The translations under genes and the position numbers were made by a program. A stretch of 63,778 nt of DNA, counting the filler, from Trichomonas gallinae (taxonomy: Eukaryota), in assembly GCA_008369845.1 (NCBI GenBank). It is 4 parts of 4 records of this genome, joined end to end, with 100 filler letters (N's around TTAATTAATTAA, not from the genome) between each part and the next. Parts side by side here need not be neighbours in the genome. Positions count along the whole stretch, not along the records: positions 1 to 20,599 come from MRSU01000526.1; 3 more parts are not named here. One strand, 5' to 3'. The notes under the pieces are model-generated. The model ran no database searches. It worked only from the letters and a program-made list of their open reading frames with translations, and was not told the DNA's origin. Shown here one piece after another: positions 1 through 10,782 of this stretch. Positions within the stretch are counted from its first letter, which is position 1. Each line of letters begins with the position of its first letter.

Positions 1-945
1 TACAAAGACAGTGAGCCTTCATTTGTTGTCACCGAACGAAATGATCCTTTCGTTAACAGCACCGATGCACGTTATTACGTGCATCTTTGTCTTTTTGATG
101 ATGAACAAAATAGTGCAGTCAACATCAGTACAAATTCACCTTCCACAGTCCTTCTTATCGAAGACACATCATTTTCCCGTTGTTTCAACTCACGAAATGG
201 AGGCAGTGTTGTCTTCAAGAACCAAGGAAGTTTTTCTCAAAATCGTGTCTGCAGCATACAATCGAAGGCCTCGTATTTCGGTGTCTACTGCAAAATCGAA
301 ACGTCCACTAATAGAATAAACATTTTCGATTCTTCAATTTCTCATTCAGGTGGCAACCCAAACTTATCACGCTATATTATTTATTCTTCCGGCAACATAA
401 ACATTTCAAAAATAAATAACTCTTTTGGAAAAGTTTTTACTGGGTGTTTATTTAATCTTAACTATATTACTAAATATTCATCTGTATTATTTTCAACATT
501 TTCGAATAACTCACAATATGAACCAAATTTTTCATATATGTGTCCTATCGAAGGATTAAAGCGCATTCCATTTTTAATGCAGTTTTGCAATTTTTTATAT
601 AATATTGGATTACACAGTGTTCTGATAAAATCTAGTGAACTATATACAACTATTACTAACTGCAGCTTTCAAGGCAATAAATATTATTGTAGATTTTTTG
701 GATTTAATGGCTATATGAAGGTTGATTATTGCTACCTCTCTGACAAAAATACATATGATTATGCATGGTTTGAACCAAACATTCAAAATACATTGACAAC
801 ATTTTGCACAGCTCTTTTGTCTCATTTCTCTTCAGAAGCATGCATACCAAAATTTCCCATTGATGACACAAACTATGATGATTTTTATGATAAATTACTC
901 ATATGTTTGTCATTATATGACGTCTTCTATTCAGCTTTATTTTAA
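1..945 (+). CDS. Trichomonad expanded-family hypothetical protein, probable right-handed beta-helix/Pmp-like surface protein; 5' end lies outside the window
   Basis: Frame is open from base 1 (YKDSEPSFVV...). NGGSVVF motif, Asn/Ser/Cys-rich periodic strands (CNFLYN, CSFQGN) and hydrophobic C-terminus. Resembles the decayed copy at 19480-20354. Confidence 0.6.
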   Translation, partial: YKDSEPSFVVTERNDPFVNSTDARYYVHLCLFDDEQNSAVNISTNSPSTVLLIEDTSFSRCFNSRNGGSVVFKNQGSFSQNRVCSIQSKASYFGVYCKIETSTNRINIFDSSISHSGGNPNLSRYIIYSSGNINISKINNSFGKVFTGCLFNLNYITKYSSVLFSTFSNNSQYEPNFSYMCPIEGLKRIPFLMQFCNFLYNIGLHSVLIKSSELYTTITNCSFQGNKYYCRFFGFNGYMKVDYCYLSDKNTYDYAWFEPNIQNTLTTFCTALLSHFSSEACIPKFPIDDTNYDDFYDKLLICLSLYDVFYSALF

Positions 946-1007
946 ACTATTTGATGATATCAAAAAATTTGTAGCTCATTGAATATCATTCAATTAAAAA
1001 AATGATT

Positions 1008-2201
1008 TTATTTCAGCCATTTAGCATAATCATCCCATGACATATATATAGATCTCGATAATGATTGATAATATTCGTTTGATTGATAGCCAATCTTTTC
1101 ATTTATTATCTTTTCCTGTCTTTGTTTTGCATATTCGAAGAGTTGCTCGAGTTCTTCCTTCGTAAGTTCTCTTCCCCATGTCAATCTACAGTCTTCGAAC
1201 ACGTACTGTCCATGCGCAGGAATCATCTCGAATGTCCTTGTTGCCTTGACGAGAAGTGTCGTTTCTGCGCCGTAAAGCTTTCCTTTGATCACTCCGTTCT
1301 TTCCGCGTTTGAACATGATTCTGACGTTTCTGAGGTTGAAATGTCTCCTTCCTGATTCCGGAGATTCAGCGCTGAGCTTCACGAAGCTCTTGCTCTTCGC
1401 GCCTGATGTGTTGCAATTCATCATCTGAGGGATTAAAGACGTGAAAAAGTCCACTGCATAGTCAGGAACTTTCTGTCTATAGAATATTTTTGATGTGTCG
1501 ATTTTTCCTTTTGTAGGAAGCGTAAATGGAATAGATGATCTTGGCTGCATCTTTGTCAACTCAGAGAGAATTTCTATTTCATTGTCTTTGTAATTGTTGC
1601 CGAATTTCGCGAAATATTCTGTGGAATTCTTTCTTGTTGAATATTTGCGCTTTCTGAGTATCTCATCTAACTTTGCACGTTGTAACATATAAATATGGGA
1701 CAATTCATTATCTTTGAGGTCTCTTGAAGATGTTTCTGTTTTATTATATTTCATGAATAAGAATCCTTTCTTCGCTACGTATTGTAATTGTGCCTGAACA
1801 TTCATGAATGTTTCTGCAGTGTGAATAACGACTTCATATGCTTTGTTGTTATTTTCTAAATTGTATCCTGCTCTAATTCCGATAAGTGCGCCTTTTAAGA
1901 CGGTCATTTTCTGGCCATCTTTCTCCTTTGTTATATGAGATGTGAAATTGTAAAATGTTTTCGTTTTAGATTTGAATCTTCTTAAATTTTTTGCAGAATC
2001 AATGAAATCATTTATCAATTTTGTATTGTATGGCCATATAATATTGGTTTTATTCTTAACATCTTCGATATCTTCTGAATAAAATATCGTTCGATTTTGT
2101 CTACCTATATTTACAAGGGAAAACTTCGCAAGAAGCATTTTGCCGCCTGGATTTTTAAGCTTTGGCACCTCTCTGGCAGACAGAACAAAGAGGGAAAGCA
2201 T
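1008..2201 (-). CDS. Hypothetical, probably secreted protein with an internally duplicated domain
   Basis: 397-aa ORF with short hydrophobic N-terminus MLSLFVLSA. The two halves share AET..VxA...R[DE]L...EL..[IL]. Confidence 0.7.
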   Translation of the reverse strand: MLSLFVLSAREVPKLKNPGGKMLLAKFSLVNIGRQNRTIFYSEDIEDVKNKTNIIWPYNTKLINDFIDSAKNLRRFKSKTKTFYNFTSHITKEKDGQKMTVLKGALIGIRAGYNLENNNKAYEVVIHTAETFMNVQAQLQYVAKKGFLFMKYNKTETSSRDLKDNELSHIYMLQRAKLDEILRKRKYSTRKNSTEYFAKFGNNYKDNEIEILSELTKMQPRSSIPFTLPTKGKIDTSKIFYRQKVPDYAVDFFTSLIPQMMNCNTSGAKSKSFVKLSAESPESGRRHFNLRNVRIMFKRGKNGVIKGKLYGAETTLLVKATRTFEMIPAHGQYVFEDCRLTWGRELTKEELEQLFEYAKQRQEKIINEKIGYQSNEYYQSLSRSIYMSWDDYAKWLK

Positions 2202-2613
2202 AAAAAACTAAAAAAAAAAAATTGAATATTGTCAAATTGACAGTGTCAAAAAGGTTAAATTTTAAATCAACATGTTTATTACAGATAAAATATTTTGATT
2301 TTTCATTTTAATTTTGTTAAGGGTAAATTTTTCCCTTCTCTCAATTTTAAAATCAAGAATTATGGTTCGCGTGTTTAAATTACTAACCCAGTTGATGTAT
2401 TAAATAATTATCTCGCAATATTTTTCCGATTTATTCTTTATATTTTATCATTTATTTTCAAAACTTGTGATTAGCAAACATAAACTTAATCATTTAATTT
2501 AAATATATGTAATAAAGATATTAATACGCTTTAAAACTCATGAAATCAAAATATTTTTATTCGAGGAAAAATCTTAAAAAAACACGTTTCCCGTCTTATT
2601 TTATTTATTCAAA

Positions 2614-3412
2614 ATGAGTGACCTAGTGTTCGACCCAGTGGGAAGTGCCAAATCCATACCTGATATGATAGACATCTATGATTCAATTATCGACATTATT
2701 AATTCAATAATTTCTAAAAGCAACCAAGCTTCAATGCTACAACCACAAACAATCAACAAGAATTTAGAACGAATGAAAGAAATTCCAAAAACAAATGAAA
2801 ACTTTTCAAAAATCTACCTAGATTTCAACAAGGTCGTCTTCGAGAAACAATATATTGTATTGTATGGAACTCGGAACAATTTTCATAATGTGAGAGAAAT
2901 GGATACAAGTCAAAACATTGTCATAATAGCAGAACTAGAAAACAACATCAAACTCCTAGAAATTTTGGCAACTACTAATATTAACATCAATGAAGTTGAT
3001 AATAAATATTGGGATAATGCAGAAATCTAGCTTGTAGAAAAAAACAATTATATGCTGTGAAATGGCTCCTCATTTTTCCAGGAATTAATATATCAATGCG
3101 AATGGCAGTAACCGTGAAAATCTATTACTTACTCCTTCAAAAAATGGTTATTCTCATATTGTTGGACTTCTTCTTTCTGTTCCTAGAATTGATGTCAATG
3201 CATGTGGCATAGATGGTTGGACGACATTACACTATGCTTCATGTGATGGACATCTCGAAATTTTCAGACCGCTTATTTCAATTCATCATGATGCTGATAT
3301 TAACGCAACAGCCAGAAATTACTGGTCACCGTTAATGGAGGCTTCGATTAAAGGCCACTACGAAATTGTTAAACTCCTTCTTACGGTCCCTGGAATTGAT
3401 ATTCATGATTAA
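2614..3412 (+). pseudogene. Ankyrin-repeat protein pseudogene
   Basis: 138-aa ORF ends at TAG 3028-3030. Shifted frames continue as ACRKKQLYAVKWLLIFPGINI, then GWTTLHYASCDGHLEI and WSPLMEASIKGHYEIVKLLL (ankyrin consensus). Two frameshifts are needed. Confidence 0.75.
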
Positions 3413-3691
3413 CTATCAACCACCGATGAAATAATTTAGGTTCAAAATAATAAAAATTTTGTGATCAAATTCAAAACTAATTCGATCAAGGACAAAAACC
3501 ATCTAACATTGTAGCCAACAATATATTATATACTAATTGCTTGTTTGAAGAAAATGTTTTGTTTGAATACTCTTTTATAATGAATTATAGCAAAGCGATA
3601 TGTCTAATTAAAATATTAGGACTAAGAGTAATATAATCATAAAAAATGAATAAAAAAATATAATTAAATCAATGAAAAAATAACTAACAAT

Positions 3692-6106
3692 TTATTTATA
3701 AACATCAGCAGTTTTGGCGTTGTTGATGAATGTCGTAGAGATCTCAGCGTAAGAAGGATCGGTCTGGATCTCTTTGAAGAACGCCAGCATTCCCATCTCT
3801 ACGCATTTCAAAGCGCAGAGCTGGTACTTGCTCAAGTTGACTATCGTGACTAATGCGTCGAGGCTTATAGAGTTGTTCGCTTTGACGATGCTCCACAGCT
3901 TCGGAATGGCGAGAAGGAACTCAGAAGAGTCTCCTAATTCGCTGAGAAAAGACACTAAATTAATCATTGCTGTCAAGACTTCTATGTTATTAGATGCGAC
4001 ACACAAATCCAACAGTCTCTTTAGCACTTTGTTCTTTTTCAGTTTAAGGATTAAATCTTTCGATGGATTCGGATAAACTAAAATTAATTCGCAAATAATT
4101 ATTGCAGCAGTTTGATCTTTTTCATGCAATAATTTCGAAAACATTCTTGTCGTATTCGCGTTAGTCAGCATTTTATCTTTGATATCTTTATGTTTGAACA
4201 TTACCAAAAATAATCTTAATGTCGATAAAATAGTTGGAAGTGGGTCGATGATCCATGAGAGATCTCTAGAAATGATTCTTGCGTTTTCGTGTCTTTCTGC
4301 TAAATGGCACAAGACTAATATTGCATTTTCGTTTCCTTTTTGCGCAGCAATGAACAAACCCATGATCAAATCAGGCGTGCATTCGAACGATGGTATATTA
4401 ATCATGTAATTTATGGCTGCCGGGCAAGAATTGTCGTCTTTCAGCAATTCGATTAATCTTTTTTCGCTAACTTTAGAATGGTTGCATATATTTAACGAAA
4501 TTAGAGCGAGAATGGCCTGAGAAGCTGCAGCAATGTTTTGTCCGTTCGTAACTTCGAAAAATATTTCGGCGCAATTTTCAATTCTCGCTTTTGCATAGTC
4601 TTTGTAATTAGAGCAAAGGTAATGCAATGTCTGTATGTATTCTGATGTGAAATCGGACTTCAGGAACTTCTTGGATGATGTAATTAAGATATCTATGATG
4701 CTCCAAGGATCTTTGTTGTCATTAAAACCTTTCGCGTAGAGTTGAAGCAATAAAATCGCAGATTTGATGTCATTTGCGAGGATCTTGTCCATCTCTGAGT
4801 GGAATGTTCCGTCAATTCCTTCTGGACAAAATTCGAATAATTTTATATATAAAGCGAGTGCAGAATTTTGGGCTTCGAAGTCGCAGAAGTCTACATATTT
4901 ATGTATATTGTTGGCCAGGGCTTCTTTTGCGGTAGCCTTGGATGTAATTGCTCTCGGAATAATATTATATATGTAAAGCTGATCGCTTCTGTGTATTTCT
5001 GATGATAATATTGTAGATAATTGCTTCCAAAACAATTTGCAGTTAATGTCACTGACTTTTTCAATACTTTGTTTAAGATTTGTTTGAAATTTTGGATTAC
5101 TTGTCGAAAGATCGGAAAAATCGTGCAAACTCTCGCTCGTCAAGTTTCTGCTCAGTTTAGATTTCTTCGCGCGCTTCTGTTGAATGATTTTAAAGCCATG
5201 TTTCTCGAGAAAATCTTTTAATTCGTTGATATCTTCAGTTTTTGCATTAGGATACGACACATTTCCACTTTCGAACTGCTCATATATGTAGTCAAATGGC
5301 GGCCTTTCATCTGGATTTTGGGCCCAGCACTTCTCTATCAAGTCTTTTAATGGCTGAGGCGTTTTTGACGGAATTTGCGGTCTTTTTCCTTCAATCATTA
5401 CAAGCCTCATGACAACCTCCTGGTTCACATTTTCCCAAGGAATCTTCTCTGTTAATAACTCGTAGAGAAGCATGCCATACGAATAAACATCGAAAGATAG
5501 TCCGTAATTTTCGCCACTTAAAGCTTCTGGAGCCATCCAGTGGGGCGTACCAATGCTAACTGTCATCGTTTGAGGTGTATTTGAGTAAATTCTTGCAACT
5601 CCAAAATCGCAAATTCTCGGATAATACCGTGAATCTAGTAAAATGTTCATTGATTTCAAGTCTCTGTGTATAATACCTTGCTGATGAAGAAAATACATTG
5701 CATTTGCAACACCCATTGCGATAATAGTTTTTCTACTCCCTGTTAAAATCTTCTGTTTGTAGTCTGATCGCATTACCCTGAATAAAGATCCGTTTGGTAC
5801 GTATTCTGTTAGAATTGATAGCGGAAAATTCGGGCAAAAACCTAAAAATTTGACGAAAAAAGGGTGATTTGTCGATGCTAATGTTTCAACTTCGCGAGTA
5901 AAGTTAATTATATCTTTTGGAGTGATGCATTCGCTGTAAAACTGTTTAAGTGCTCCTTTATCATTTCCTTTATCATCAGTTACTGTCCAAACTTCAGCGT
6001 AACCGCCTTTTCCAATCAGTTTAACCTTTTTATACGTTGCTGCGTCAATTATATATTGAGGGAACTCAGATATAATCTTTTGGAGTTCATCTGAGTTGTT
6101 TATCAT
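3692..6106 (-). CDS. TKL-family protein kinase with C-terminal helical (ARM-like) region
   Basis: GKGGYA loop, ALK, HRDLKSMN, DFG, GTPHWMAPE and DVYSYG motifs are all intact. Confidence 0.93.
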   Translation of the reverse strand: MINNSDELQKIISEFPQYIIDAATYKKVKLIGKGGYAEVWTVTDDKGNDKGALKQFYSECITPKDIINFTREVETLASTNHPFFVKFLGFCPNFPLSILTEYVPNGSLFRVMRSDYKQKILTGSRKTIIAMGVANAMYFLHQQGIIHRDLKSMNILLDSRYYPRICDFGVARIYSNTPQTMTVSIGTPHWMAPEALSGENYGLSFDVYSYGMLLYELLTEKIPWENVNQEVVMRLVMIEGKRPQIPSKTPQPLKDLIEKCWAQNPDERPPFDYIYEQFESGNVSYPNAKTEDINELKDFLEKHGFKIIQQKRAKKSKLSRNLTSESLHDFSDLSTSNPKFQTNLKQSIEKVSDINCKLFWKQLSTILSSEIHRSDQLYIYNIIPRAITSKATAKEALANNIHKYVDFCDFEAQNSALALYIKLFEFCPEGIDGTFHSEMDKILANDIKSAILLLQLYAKGFNDNKDPWSIIDILITSSKKFLKSDFTSEYIQTLHYLCSNYKDYAKARIENCAEIFFEVTNGQNIAAASQAILALISLNICNHSKVSEKRLIELLKDDNSCPAAINYMINIPSFECTPDLIMGLFIAAQKGNENAILVLCHLAERHENARIISRDLSWIIDPLPTILSTLRLFLVMFKHKDIKDKMLTNANTTRMFSKLLHEKDQTAAIIICELILVYPNPSKDLILKLKKNKVLKRLLDLCVASNNIEVLTAMINLVSFLSELGDSSEFLLAIPKLWSIVKANNSISLDALVTIVNLSKYQLCALKCVEMGMLAFFKEIQTDPSYAEISTTFINNAKTADVYK

Positions 6107-6262
6107 TTATTTTTTTGTTATCGAAAAATTAAATCGAATTTTTTGTCGTGTTTTTGGATAATTTATTTATATGGTTATTGATTATCAAGTAATAGTTTAC
6201 ACGGCAATTTTTTATTTCAATTGGTTTTTTATTTGTCATAGCATCGAAAAATTGATATGTCT

Positions 6263-6604
6263 TGACATGTAAATAAGTTTTGTTGTCATTTTTGAAATAA
6301 TTCTGACGTGTAAATAAATTGTATTACAATTTTAGATTTATTTATGACATGTAAATAATTAAAATTGTCATTTTTGATGATGTTTTGACATGTAAATAAG
6401 TTATATTGTCATTTTTTTGATGTGTAAATTAGAAAATCCCTATTATGAAAAACGCGGACACTTGGTCTTACCAGCAAAATCCTTCCAAATTAAGGCTGAA
6501 GATGCAATAGGATCATAAGAGTCACATATTATGGCATGTAAACTAGTTATATTATCGTTTTTGAATTATTTATGACATGTAAATCAGTTAAATGACATGT
6601 AATT
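6263..6604. repeat. Degenerate 41-bp tandem array built on TGACATGTAAA
   Basis: Units start at 6263, 6304, 6345 and 6386 (period 41), with a truncated unit at 6418, then 6532 and 6573 (period 41) and 6593. Confidence 0.8.
6454..6491 (+). repeat. 38-nt dispersed repeat, copy A (inverted partner of 16348-16385)
   Basis: Reverse complement matches 16348-16385 at 31 of 38 positions without gaps. Confidence 0.7.
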
Positions 6605-6905
6605 ATGCATTGTCCTCCAAAACTTTAATTTCCAAATAATATAGATATATGCACTCTAATTATTGCATTGGATAGATTTATTTTGGTAGAATACAAAATT
6701 TTGCAGATTGCAACCAAACAAGCTTATCCTTATTTGATGGGCATATACAGTATGAATAATTCGAAACCATTCTCGATATATGTGTTTATTTATAATCGTA
6801 GTATAAGAAATGTTTGTCAATTTAACAGAAGTAAATTTTGTTAACAATCCATTAATTATCTTGAATAATAATCAATTTACAGTTATATGAAACATTATAT
6901 ATAAA

Positions 6906-8261
6906 TCAATACTTATTCATAAGTTTTCTAAAGTAATCTACCTCAACATCATCCATTTTTTTTAATCCGGATGGATTATAGTTATCAGTCAGTGGATTTT
7001 GCACTTCTGGAGGAAGAGATAAATTATCATCATCAATTTGGGATAATCCATAATGATTATAGTTATCAGCTGGTTGTTCATCGGAATCATCATCTGGAAA
7101 CGTGGGTAAGTGAGGCTCTTTTGGACAAATATATGTTTCATCTGGATCTGCAACACTGGGATATTCCTTTGGTAATGCATATGGCGGAATACTTGCTCTG
7201 GGCGAAAACATAGGCGGTGGCTGTTCTAGTTTTCGAGGACTTGGCGTTGGAATGATTGGATCGATTTGTTTTGGAGGTTGATTGTCGATTTGCTCGTAAT
7301 TATTCGTATCAGTTGGATAAAGTGGTGCTGATGGTACTGGTACTGGTATAGATGGAATAATTAAAGGCGGTGGTGTAAACATTTGCTCTGGAGGTTCAAT
7401 ATCATCTGTATCTGGATAAACAACAGGGTCTATATAAGCCGCATTCGTTGATGGAAATGGCTGTGGGTAATTCTGTTGTTGTGGCTGTGGATAGTTCTGC
7501 TGTGGAATATTTTGAGGTTTCGGCGGATAATTGAAATTTGAATTTGGAAAATTATTTGGATTCTGAATATATTGCTGTGGAGGATGATTTGGATAATTAA
7601 TTTGAGGATATATTTGTTGAGAAGGTGGTCTGAATGGTTGTTGATGTGGCGAAATTTGTGGTGTAGGTTGAGGTGAAACATTTTGAGGAGAATATTGAAC
7701 ATTGGTTTCGATTGTATCAAGAACCTTTTTAACTTCTGCAGCAAGCAACCTATCCTTTGTATCTCCTAATTTAAGAAGCAGCAAATTCTTTGTATCTCCA
7801 ATTCTTTCGGCTATTTTAACGATTTCATCAACATATTGCATAACTCTCATATTCTTTGGATCAAATGAAGCTTCTACATCCATAGAAGGTTTTATCTTAT
7901 CGAATTTAACTTTTTTCGAAAGCATATTCATAGCATCTTTACCGGATTGTGTTGGATCTTTGTTTGCAACAGCTGCAAGCATTTCAATCGCCTCTTTGAC
8001 ATCTGATGTAACTTGTTTCTTTTCGATTGATTCAATATTGTTTAGAACGAGTTTGGCTTTTTCATACAAGTCCCCAAACACTCTGCATTTAATTGAGGTA
8101 ATAGCAAGTAATGAGATTTTATCAGTTTGATAAGTGATTCTTCCTTTATCAATTTGATCTTTGATGGATCTCGTCATATTATTATATGCTGTAGTTGCTT
8201 TAGTCATTTGTCCTCTAATGGTCGCCGCATAAGCTTGTAAGGAATTGTACAATTTTGACAT
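6906..8261 (-). CDS. Helical N-terminal domain plus Pro/Gln-rich tail; possible divergent Ist1 (ESCRT-III-associated)
   Basis: 451-aa ORF with about 185-aa helical N-terminus, long P/Q-rich linker and a short amphipathic C-terminal helix. The Ist1 assignment is tentative. Confidence 0.6.
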   Translation of the reverse strand: MSKLYNSLQAYAATIRGQMTKATTAYNNMTRSIKDQIDKGRITYQTDKISLLAITSIKCRVFGDLYEKAKLVLNNIESIEKKQVTSDVKEAIEMLAAVANKDPTQSGKDAMNMLSKKVKFDKIKPSMDVEASFDPKNMRVMQYVDEIVKIAERIGDTKNLLLLKLGDTKDRLLAAEVKKVLDTIETNVQYSPQNVSPQPTPQISPHQQPFRPPSQQIYPQINYPNHPPQQYIQNPNNFPNSNFNYPPKPQNIPQQNYPQPQQQNYPQPFPSTNAAYIDPVVYPDTDDIEPPEQMFTPPPLIIPSIPVPVPSAPLYPTDTNNYEQIDNQPPKQIDPIIPTPSPRKLEQPPPMFSPRASIPPYALPKEYPSVADPDETYICPKEPHLPTFPDDDSDEQPADNYNHYGLSQIDDDNLSLPPEVQNPLTDNYNPSGLKKMDDVEVDYFRKLMNKY

Positions 8262-9169
8262 AATGATTTCATAATCGGAGCAAAAAAAAGTGACGAAAAA
8301 TCACCGGGAAAATTCTTGCCAGTTTATCTTACACATTGATACTCTCTAGTGCAACCAGCTGATAAATTAATGAATAAATTTTGTATATGCAAAGTTTTGA
8401 TGTCATTATTTTCGACTCTTTTTTCTGAGAAATAAATGACAGAATGTTTATTATAAAACATAATTTACGTGACAAATATAGCTACGACTCCATTGAAATT
8501 GCAAATTTTTAAATTTACATGACAAAATTTTGATTTTCCGGTCATTCCAGAAAAATATTCAACTCCAATTTATCTTTACATATTTCGAAATTGTGCTAGA
8601 ATTTATGAGCCTTATGGTTAGCCGGCTCCAATGGTGGAACGATAAGTGTTATTATTCTATCTCGTCATATTTGTGATAATGATAAGAATCATTATAAGTC
8701 GGATTTGTCATGTACATCTTATTCTATAGTTTACGTGTCAAAAATTAATTTATTAACATATATAGTTTGTATCCATGCATAAAATATGTACAAGTATAGT
8801 GTGATTAAAAATCATTTCATATTCATGAGATTTATCCAAATCTCGATAATGTTATATGAATATTAAAATAAACAATATTGCAAAGTTAAGTCAAAATAGA
8901 TGCTTTTAAAATGGATTATCAGTTTCAAAAACTGAGATAAAATTTTTGATTTAAATTTTCATTTTCAGCAACCATCCTTTGGAAAATAAATAGTATACAA
9001 GTAACAGTATTGATATAAGATGTAGAATAAGCTTATTTCAATTCCGGAAAAAACAATTTTTTTAACAAAACAAATTTTTGAGTGAAATAGACATAAAACT
9101 AATAAAAAACTCTAAAAACACAAAATGAAAAAATCATGAGAAAAAAAACGTTATATAATTTTTTTTCAG

Positions 9170-9748
9170 ATGTTCAGAGATAAGTATCAGGCAGGTTTCT
9201 TAAATCTTTTCTATTCCGTCGGTTCTAAGCCCCTCAGCATCTGGGAGCAACACGTCGAAAACGGATATATCAAGAGACTTACAGATCCTGATATTAGATC
9301 TTGCGTCCTCGAAATTGTTTCTACAACAGTTAACAATACATATATTACATGCCCATTAGATCCTAAGGATGAACTTGCTATTAAGCTTCCTTTCTTGGTT
9401 TTAGTTTTAAAGTATCTTAAAAAATACTTCACTTTCGAGATCCAAGTCTTGGATGATATGAACATGAGACGTCGTTTCCGCGCCTCTAACTTCCAGTCTA
9501 AGACTCGCGTCAAACCATTCGTTTGTACGCTTCCAATGAGACTTGATCCAGGTTGGAACCAGATTCAGTTCAACTTGAGCGACTTTACACGTCGTGCTTA
9601 TGGTACTAACTATATTGAGACACTCCGTGTTTCTGTTTTCGCTAACTGCCGTGTAAGACGTATTTACTTCTCCGACAGACTTTACACAGAAGATGAAGTC
9701 CCACCAGAATATAGGCTCATCCCAACAAAGCCAGAGGGTGAAGAGTAA
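9170..9748 (+). CDS. CFAP20: Cilia- and flagella-associated protein 20 (BUG22/GTL3, DUF667)
   Basis: [53 protein letters not shown] and [10 protein letters not shown] closely match this highly conserved family. Confidence 0.97.
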   Translation: MFRDKYQAGFLNLFYSVGSKPLSIWEQHVENGYIKRLTDPDIRSCVLEIVSTTVNNTYITCPLDPKDELAIKLPFLVLVLKYLKKYFTFEIQVLDDMNMRRRFRASNFQSKTRVKPFVCTLPMRLDPGWNQIQFNLSDFTRRAYGTNYIETLRVSVFANCRVRRIYFSDRLYTEDEVPPEYRLIPTKPEGEE

Positions 9749-10085
9749 TAAATTAATTTATGCTTTTTTTTTATTATCAATAAATTCCAAATTAAATCCT
9801 ATTTTTACACTCAATTGTTCCAACATCTAAAAATTAATAATATTTTAATTGAAAATAATTTTTTATTATATTTAGGTCTTCATTCACTAACCAAATTAGG
9901 ATATATCTCATAAATATCTATATTGTAAACAAAAGTATTGGGTATATCGATTAAAAAAATTTCTGAATTTATAATAGCTTTGAATTTCACCAACTTTATA
10001 TGGGAAAAAGTGAAAATATATGTGTATAGATGTATAATTTGCAAAAGTCAGGAATTAAAAAAGACGTTAGTGAAAAATTAAAAAA

Positions 10086-10715
10086 ATGAGTTTTGGGCCT
10101 CCTAGACAGAAAAATTTAATACGAGAGCATACAACTGAAATAAGAGTCAGAAAAATACCTGATGATCAGTATCAAAGCTTAAACAGACATTTTAAGCCTA
10201 AAAATATTAACGAAAAACCAAAAGAATCAAATCTATCGCCAAGTAAACCTCAAAAAAGGAAATTCAAAGCTGCTAAAAGTACAAAATCACAAGAACTCAA
10301 GCAAATTGCAACAAAAAAGAAACTTGATAATTTTGAAATGCAGAAAAAGACAGAAGAACTGCAAATACAGATGAAGCAAGAAAATATAGAAAAGCAGAAA
10401 GAAAGAATTTCATCAACTGTCAGAAGAACAAATTGTTTATATTCTTCAATGGGTTTATTGATAAAAAGAGATCGAATTAAAGCTACTGAGCGTGTTTACA
10501 ATGAATGGCTCATACTTAAAGATCAAGAACACGAATTTAGACAAACATTACTCGCTAAAATGGTTGGAGACATGACTACATTCTCAATTGAACGTGAACT
10601 CACTGCTCTTAAAAGAGCTGAAAAAGAAGCCGCTCAAAAAGCTTTAGATGAAGGTACTCAGCAACAAGATCCGTTAAATCCAAACCCTGAAGCTCCTCCA
10701 GCTTCACCGAAATGA
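10086..10715 (+). CDS. Hypothetical basic coiled-coil protein
   Basis: 209-aa K/E-rich ORF; no family recognised. Confidence 0.7.
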   Translation: MSFGPPRQKNLIREHTTEIRVRKIPDDQYQSLNRHFKPKNINEKPKESNLSPSKPQKRKFKAAKSTKSQELKQIATKKKLDNFEMQKKTEELQIQMKQENIEKQKERISSTVRRTNCLYSSMGLLIKRDRIKATERVYNEWLILKDQEHEFRQTLLAKMVGDMTTFSIERELTALKRAEKEAAQKALDEGTQQQDPLNPNPEAPPASPK

Positions 10716-10782
10716 TTTTTATAATATACATGTTTGTTTGTTACTAAAAATTTTATTTAAAAAACGCAAAAACAAAATAAAT

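Noticed and set aside
6263..6604. CRISPR-like appearance of the periodic array
   Set aside because: The segments between the cores are similar to each other rather than unique spacers, there are no cas genes, and the context is eukaryotic.
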